Positions 59,056 through 64,000 of a stretch of 64,000 nucleotides of DNA are shown here, in pieces. Source of the stretch: an uncultured Alphaproteobacteria bacterium. Lineage in GTDB: Bacteria; Pseudomonadota; Alphaproteobacteria; Puniceispirillales; UBA1172. The notes beneath the pieces are model-generated. The model had not been told where the DNA came from, searched no databases, and was given only the letters and a program-made list of their open reading frames with translations. The first letter of the stretch is position 1; every line of letters begins with the position of its first letter. A program made the translations under genes and the position numbers. Where the stretch lies: contig OY288107.1 in assembly GCA_958431225.1 (NCBI GenBank), positions 629,953 through 693,952 on the forward strand, given 5' to 3'.

Positions 59056-60675
59056 CACATCCAAGGCAAAAGCGATGAGCAATGGGTGGATATCATCAAA
59101 GGCGTGGATTTATACTTAAATCGCGGCGAGGTCTTGGGGCTGATCGGCGAATCAGGGGCGGGCAAATCCACGCTTGGTTTGGCGGCGATGGGATTCTGCC
59201 GCGATGGCTGTGTCATTAGCGAGGGCAGTGTGCATTTTGACGGCAAAGATTTACTAGCATTAAGCCGCGAAGATATACGCCAATTACGCGGCAACCGCAT
59301 CGCTTATGTGGCGCAATCGGCGGCGGCAAGTTTCAACCCCGCGCATAAATTGATTGACCAATTCTGCGAAGCCCCGCACCTGCATAACGTCATGGGACGG
59401 AAAGAGTCCGAAGCCTATGCGCGCAAACTTTACAAACGCATCAACCTGCCATCGCCGGAGACATTCGGCTTACGCTACCCCCACGAAGTTTCGGGCGGAC
59501 AATTACAACGCGCCATGACCGCCATGGCGCTATCGTGCCGTCCCGATTTAATCATTTTTGATGAGCCAACAACCGCCCTAGACGTCACCACGCAAATTGA
59601 AGTGCTAGCCGCCATCAAAGACATCGTCAAAGAGTTCAACACCGCGGCGATTTATATCAGCCACGACCTAGCGGTGGTCGCACAAATGGCGGACCGCATC
59701 CAAGTCCTCCTCAAAGGCGAAGAAGTAGAACAAGCCCCCACCAAACTCATGCTCAAAGCCCCGAAAAAAGCCTACACAAAATCGCTATGGGCGGTGCGCG
59801 AACACGCGCGCATAGAACAACCCGCCCCCAAAAAAACCGACACCCCGGTCATTTCCATCCGCCAAGTCACCGCCGGCTACACCAGCCAACAGGACGTATT
59901 AAAGAACGTCTCCTTTGACATCCACAAAAAACGCACCATCGCCGTGGTCGGCGAATCGGGAAGCGGCAAATCCACCGCGGCCCGTGTCGTCACCGGCTTG
60001 CTCCCCCCCCGCCAAGGTAGCATCGTTTTTGACGGCGCGGAACTACCAGCAGATTACCAAAAACGTAGCCGCGACCAGCTGCGCCAGATTCAGATGATTT
60101 ATCAAATGGCGGATACCGCCTTGAATCCAAAACTACGCATCCGCGACCTCATCGCCCGCCCGGCAAGTATGTATTTGGGGTTAAGCGGACGCGCCCTAGA
60201 TGAGCGCGTACGCGCATTGTTAGCCATGATTGAACTTGAACCGGACCAATATATTGACCGCCTGCCGTCCGAATTATCCGGCGGGCAAAAACAGCGCATC
60301 GGCATCGCTCGTGCCATCGCCGCCGAGCCAAGTTTCATCATCTGCGATGAAGTCACCAGCGCATTGGACCAGCTCGTCGCCGAAGAAATCCTAAAATTAT
60401 TGGACCGCCTCCAATCGGAACTCGCATTATCCTATATGTTCATCACCCACGACCTAGCCACCGTGCGCGCCATCGCCGACCGCGTGGTGGTGATGAAAGA
60501 TGGTGCAGTGGTAGAACAAGACGGCAAATCCAAATTATTCAAACCCCCGCACCACCCCTACACCGAATTATTGTTAAGCTCAGTGCCAGAAATGGACGCC
60601 GAATGGCTCGACCGCCTATTGATAGCGCGCACCAAAAAACGCGCCAAAAAGCGGGGCAGAAAAGCAAAACCATGA
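58990..60675 (+). CDS. Fused double ABC ATPase (DppD/DppF-type)
   Basis: 561 aa. Two Walker A motifs (GESGAGKST, GESGSGKST) and two signatures (VSGGQLQRA, LSGGQKQRI). The start could also be the ATG at 59023 or 59044. Confidence 0.93.
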   Translation: MKQHLLTKINAMKQRLLTMENIHIQGKSDEQWVDIIKGVDLYLNRGEVLGLIGESGAGKSTLGLAAMGFCRDGCVISEGSVHFDGKDLLALSREDIRQLRGNRIAYVAQSAAASFNPAHKLIDQFCEAPHLHNVMGRKESEAYARKLYKRINLPSPETFGLRYPHEVSGGQLQRAMTAMALSCRPDLIIFDEPTTALDVTTQIEVLAAIKDIVKEFNTAAIYISHDLAVVAQMADRIQVLLKGEEVEQAPTKLMLKAPKKAYTKSLWAVREHARIEQPAPKKTDTPVISIRQVTAGYTSQQDVLKNVSFDIHKKRTIAVVGESGSGKSTAARVVTGLLPPRQGSIVFDGAELPADYQKRSRDQLRQIQMIYQMADTALNPKLRIRDLIARPASMYLGLSGRALDERVRALLAMIELEPDQYIDRLPSELSGGQKQRIGIARAIAAEPSFIICDEVTSALDQLVAEEILKLLDRLQSELALSYMFITHDLATVRAIADRVVVMKDGAVVEQDGKSKLFKPPHHPYTELLLSSVPEMDAEWLDRLLIARTKKRAKKRGRKAKP

Positions 60676-61673
60676 AATGCGTCATTTACCGCGAAAAAGG
60701 CACGGCACAAGAGGTGCTTGAACTAGTTGAACGCCCGACCCCCAAACCCCAAAAAGGCGAGGTTTTGGTGCGCCTAGCCACTTCAGGCATCAACCCTTCG
60801 GATGTCAAAATGCGTGGGGGGCAAGGGCATCATGCGGGTGCCATGCCCTTCCCGGAAATCATCCCCCATAGCGATGGCGCCGGAATAATCGCTGCACTCG
60901 GCGATGGGGTAAAAGACATAAAAATCGGCACACGCGTCTATGTATTCAACGGCGCATGGCAACGCGCGCATGGCACGGCGGCAGAATATATCGCCCTCCC
61001 GGCATCACAAGTTCTACCCTTGCCAAAAAATATCAGTTTCGCCCAAGGCGCCACTCTAGGCATCCCAGCCATGACGGCGGCACATAGCATCTTAAGCGGC
61101 GGCAAGCACGTCAAAGGCGGGCGCATACTCATCAGTGGCGGCGGCGGCGTGGTTGGGCGCATGGCAATCCAAATGGCGCGCGCGGCAGGGGCAAAACAAA
61201 TCATCGCCACCGCCGCCCAGCCCCTAAGCATAAAAACCGCGCACGAAGCCGGTGCCGACCATGTGCTTGATTACCGCGCCCCCGACCTCGCCACGCAGAT
61301 TCTAGATTTAAGCGGCGGCATCACCCACGCCATTGAAGCCGAGTTTGGACAAAACGCCGACATGCTAGCCGAAGTTTTATGCAATAATGCCAGCATCTGC
61401 ACCTATGGTTCGGCAGGCAATATGCGCCCAGAAATGCCATTTTATCCGTTAATGTTCAAAAACATTCACCTAGTCATGATGCTCGTCTATCTGTTAGATG
61501 CGCCCGCCCGTAGCAAAGCCGCCAAAGCCATTGATACATGGCTCAAAACCGGCGCACTTGATGCGCTGATTGCCCTTAACGTGCCTCTAAACGCCGCCGC
61601 CGAAGCCCATGAAGCCGTGGAAGCAGGCAGTAAAGCAGGCTCGGTGATTCTCACCATCTCTGACGAATTTTGA
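60672..61673 (+). CDS. NADPH:quinone reductase-like medium-chain dehydrogenase/reductase
   Basis: I trimmed the ORF to MKCVIYREKG, where ATGA overlaps the upstream stop. It has an MDR fold (VLVRLATSGINPSD) and a Gly-rich nucleotide-binding loop (LISGGGGVVG). Confidence 0.88.
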   Translation: MKCVIYREKGTAQEVLELVERPTPKPQKGEVLVRLATSGINPSDVKMRGGQGHHAGAMPFPEIIPHSDGAGIIAALGDGVKDIKIGTRVYVFNGAWQRAHGTAAEYIALPASQVLPLPKNISFAQGATLGIPAMTAAHSILSGGKHVKGGRILISGGGGVVGRMAIQMARAAGAKQIIATAAQPLSIKTAHEAGADHVLDYRAPDLATQILDLSGGITHAIEAEFGQNADMLAEVLCNNASICTYGSAGNMRPEMPFYPLMFKNIHLVMMLVYLLDAPARSKAAKAIDTWLKTGALDALIALNVPLNAAAEAHEAVEAGSKAGSVILTISDEF

Positions 61674-61686
61674 AAGGAGACAGAAC

Positions 61687-62451
61687 ATGCCGCAACATGT
61701 ATGCATCACCGCCGGGGGTTCAGGTTTGGGGCTAGCCATGGCGGCGGCATTTTTGACCGAAGGCGCAGAAGTTGCCATCACCGACAACAACCCAAAAATG
61801 CTCAAAACCGCAAAGGAAAAACACCCCAATCTACTAACCCTTGAAGCCGATGCCAGCGATGAGGTCACTATGCGCGCACATTTCAATGCGCTGATGCAAA
61901 AATGGGGGCGCCTTGACGTGATGCTAGCCAATGCCGGCAGTGCCGGTCCCACCGCAGCCATTGAAGACATCGCCCTTGAAGATTGGCAACGCTGTGTCGC
62001 CGTCAATTTAGAGGCAAGTTTCATCGCCGCAAAACTAGCCACCCCGATTATGAAAGCGCAAAAATCAGGGGTCATCACCCTAACATCATCCACGGCAGGG
62101 CAATGGGGCTACCCCACCCGCGCCCCTTACGCCGCCGCGAAATGGGGGGTCATCGGTTTGATGAAGACCTTGGCGATGGAATTGGGGGCATATGGGATTC
62201 GCGTCAATGCGATATGCCCGGGTTCGGTGGAAGGTGCGCGCATTGATGGGGTCATCGCCCGCGCCGCCCAAGCCCGCGGCATTGCCGAAAATGAAATGCG
62301 CCAAGACTATGCCGATTGCGCCTCCATGCGCCGTTTCATCCGCGCCGAAGATGTAGCAGATATGGCAGTATTCCTCGCCAGCCCCAAAGCACGTTCCATT
62401 TCAGGCATGGCCATGGCAGTGGATGGACACACCGAAAAAATGCCCCGTTAA
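61687..62451 (+). CDS. Short-chain dehydrogenase/reductase (SDR)
   Basis: 254 aa with TAGGSGLGLA, NAG, the catalytic YAAAKWG and PG.V. Confidence 0.9.
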   Translation: MPQHVCITAGGSGLGLAMAAAFLTEGAEVAITDNNPKMLKTAKEKHPNLLTLEADASDEVTMRAHFNALMQKWGRLDVMLANAGSAGPTAAIEDIALEDWQRCVAVNLEASFIAAKLATPIMKAQKSGVITLTSSTAGQWGYPTRAPYAAAKWGVIGLMKTLAMELGAYGIRVNAICPGSVEGARIDGVIARAAQARGIAENEMRQDYADCASMRRFIRAEDVADMAVFLASPKARSISGMAMAVDGHTEKMPR

Positions 62452-62467
62452 CCAAACCTTTGGCAGC

Positions 62468-63970
62468 TCAACCCTTACCCCGCCACGGGATGAGGATGCT
62501 AATCAATTTCCGCATAAACAGATCAAACAACAGCCCGAGCAAGCCCATAATCAAAATCGTCACCCAAATCAGTTCATAATCCGAAACCGTGCGCGCGACA
62601 TTTTCAATAAAGCCAACCCCCGTGGTCCCTGCCAGCATCTCCGCCGCCACCAAAGTCCCCCAACAAACACCAATAGCAATGCGCACCCCGGTCAAAATCT
62701 CCGGCAAGGCGTTCGGCAAAATCACATGCCGCAAAATCTGCCCATTACTAGCCCCCAGCGAGTGCGAGGCACGAATCTTAGAAATCTGTGTCCCCGAAGC
62801 CCCGGTGCGCGCCGAGATCACCATAATGGCAAACGCCACCATAAATAACAAAAAGATCTTACCATCATCTTGAATGCCAAAAATCGTCAGAATCAGCGGC
62901 GCCCATGCCAGCGGCGGCACCGGACGATAAAGTTCAATCATCGGGTCAAAGAACGATTTGAAAAACCGCGACACGCCCATATAAATCCCCAAAGGCACCC
63001 CAAGCAACACGCCAAAAAACAACGCCACCAACACCCGGAATAGCGAATCCCAAATATGCCCATCCAGCATCGGCACGTGGCCTAAATTGACCTCACCTTG
63101 GGCAAGCGCCAACAGCCTATCTTTATAGGTCGGCACAAAACCGCCGCTTGCATCGTGCGTGCCATAACCCCCGGGCAACACATCCACCACCCCATCAGGA
63201 ATAAAAAAGCCCACCACATCGGCAATCGCCAACCATTTCACCCATAGTAGCCGTGTGCCTTTGAAACCGCCGCCTTCCTCAATATTCGGGTTCGCCAATA
63301 ACGACAATTTCGCCACCACATCCGTAGGTTTCGGCAACCAACGGCTTGAGCCTTGTTCAATACAAATCGTCCGCGTTTTCACCACGCCAAAGCCGGGCAT
63401 AAATAGCGCATCCACCACGCGCAAACTCCCCTTGGCGCGTGCCACTTCATCAAGCATCACCGCCACCGCCTCATTGACTTCATTGAGGATATTTGCCGGG
63501 AAAATCGTCCCATCATCCAAACGGCGAAAGATGCGTTCCACCGCCTTAACATAATTCCCACGCGCCTCAGTAATTTCAGCACTAGCGGCGGTATCCGCCT
63601 CAATTTCCGCTTTAATGCGGTCAATATCGCCGCGAATCTGTGCGATAAGCCGCGCGGCTTCAGGGGGCATATTGCGCAACGTCAAAAAATCTTCGGACAC
63701 AGCGGCAACATCTTGTGCCACCGCATCAAACAGCACCCCCCGCGCCGTCATGGGCAGGTTCGGGATTTCCTCATCCCCCACCCCCCAAGGCGTTTGCGCC
63801 AATGCCGCGCTACTAGGACGTAAGGCGGGGCGTAGATTATCCACCCCCCCTTGCACACGTACGGTCAGGTCTTGAAGCGTGCCAACGATATTAGCCAGTT
63901 GGCGATGCACCGCGCCATCCACCCGCGCCGGGTCTGAATAAACCGCAATGAGTTCCCGTGTTTCTACCAT
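62468..63970 (-). CDS. NitT/TauT-family ABC transporter permease with long soluble N-terminal domain (possibly 5'-truncated by window edge)
   Basis: About 290 N-terminal residues lack any TM segment. They are followed by a typical 6-TM permease (LYRPVPPLAWAPLILTIFG, ASHSLGASNGQILRHVILPNALPEILTG). The reverse frame stays open from 63971 to the window end. Confidence 0.85.
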   Translation of the reverse strand: MVETRELIAVYSDPARVDGAVHRQLANIVGTLQDLTVRVQGGVDNLRPALRPSSAALAQTPWGVGDEEIPNLPMTARGVLFDAVAQDVAAVSEDFLTLRNMPPEAARLIAQIRGDIDRIKAEIEADTAASAEITEARGNYVKAVERIFRRLDDGTIFPANILNEVNEAVAVMLDEVARAKGSLRVVDALFMPGFGVVKTRTICIEQGSSRWLPKPTDVVAKLSLLANPNIEEGGGFKGTRLLWVKWLAIADVVGFFIPDGVVDVLPGGYGTHDASGGFVPTYKDRLLALAQGEVNLGHVPMLDGHIWDSLFRVLVALFFGVLLGVPLGIYMGVSRFFKSFFDPMIELYRPVPPLAWAPLILTIFGIQDDGKIFLLFMVAFAIMVISARTGASGTQISKIRASHSLGASNGQILRHVILPNALPEILTGVRIAIGVCWGTLVAAEMLAGTTGVGFIENVARTVSDYELIWVTILIMGLLGLLFDLFMRKLISILIPWRGKG

Positions 63971-64000
63971 AATCTGCCGTAAATCCCGTGTTTGGGCAGG

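Noticed and set aside
34991-64000. The accessory catabolic half of the window as a mobile genomic island.
   Set aside because: There is no integrase, transposase, tRNA target, flanking long direct repeat or clear compositional break. The clusters look like ordinary chromosomal catabolic operons.

Overview
This window looks like an alphaproteobacterial chromosome segment with about 70 protein-coding genes. The assignment rests on gene content and order: yqeY-carAB-greA, uvrC-pgsA-moaDE, MarR/OmpR-type pair, L25(Ctc)-pth-ychF, petABC, ELM1, DUF1285 and TIGR02186 families. I found no rRNA, tRNA, CRISPR array, integrase or transposase.

The first ~34.9 kb is housekeeping:
- pyrimidine and arginine precursor synthesis (carAB)
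- nucleotide excision repair (uvrB, uvrC)
- molybdenum cofactor genes (mobB-moeA-moaD-moaE)
- a MarR-response regulator-histidine kinase operon
- proC, lgt and prs
- the cytochrome bc1 operon, hemF and cca

Positions 35-64 kb are accessory and catabolic:
- an amino-acid ABC transporter with an Asp/Glu-racemase-family enzyme, an M24 hydrolase and a diaminopropionate-ammonia-lyase-like enzyme, in an ectoine-utilisation-like layout
- a GntR-controlled TRAP transporter locus with FAH, 2-hydroxyacid dehydrogenase, acetoacetate-decarboxylase-family, SDR and enolase-superfamily enzymes
- a TauE/TIGR02186/USP module
- an orphan tungstate-type ABC pair
- a Dpp-like ABC system with two oxidoreductases
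- a NitT/TauT permease with a long soluble N-terminal domain

The most unusual signals are not genes:
1. At least a dozen short tandem duplications (units of about 10-33 bp, mostly 12-17 bp) sit almost exclusively on start or stop codons of genes.
2. An AT-rich islet at 7.9-8.4 kb carries a self-contained small transcription unit (promoter-like hexamers, strong SD, 77-84 codon open frame, strong intrinsic terminator) that has no canonical start codon.
3. Three DnaA-box-like 9-mers cluster in the long AT-rich uvrB-uvrC spacer.
4. A perfect FadR/GntR-type palindrome lies in the divergent promoter of the TRAP locus.

I saw no defence-system-like or mobile module. All family assignments come from reading the translations and were not checked against databases.
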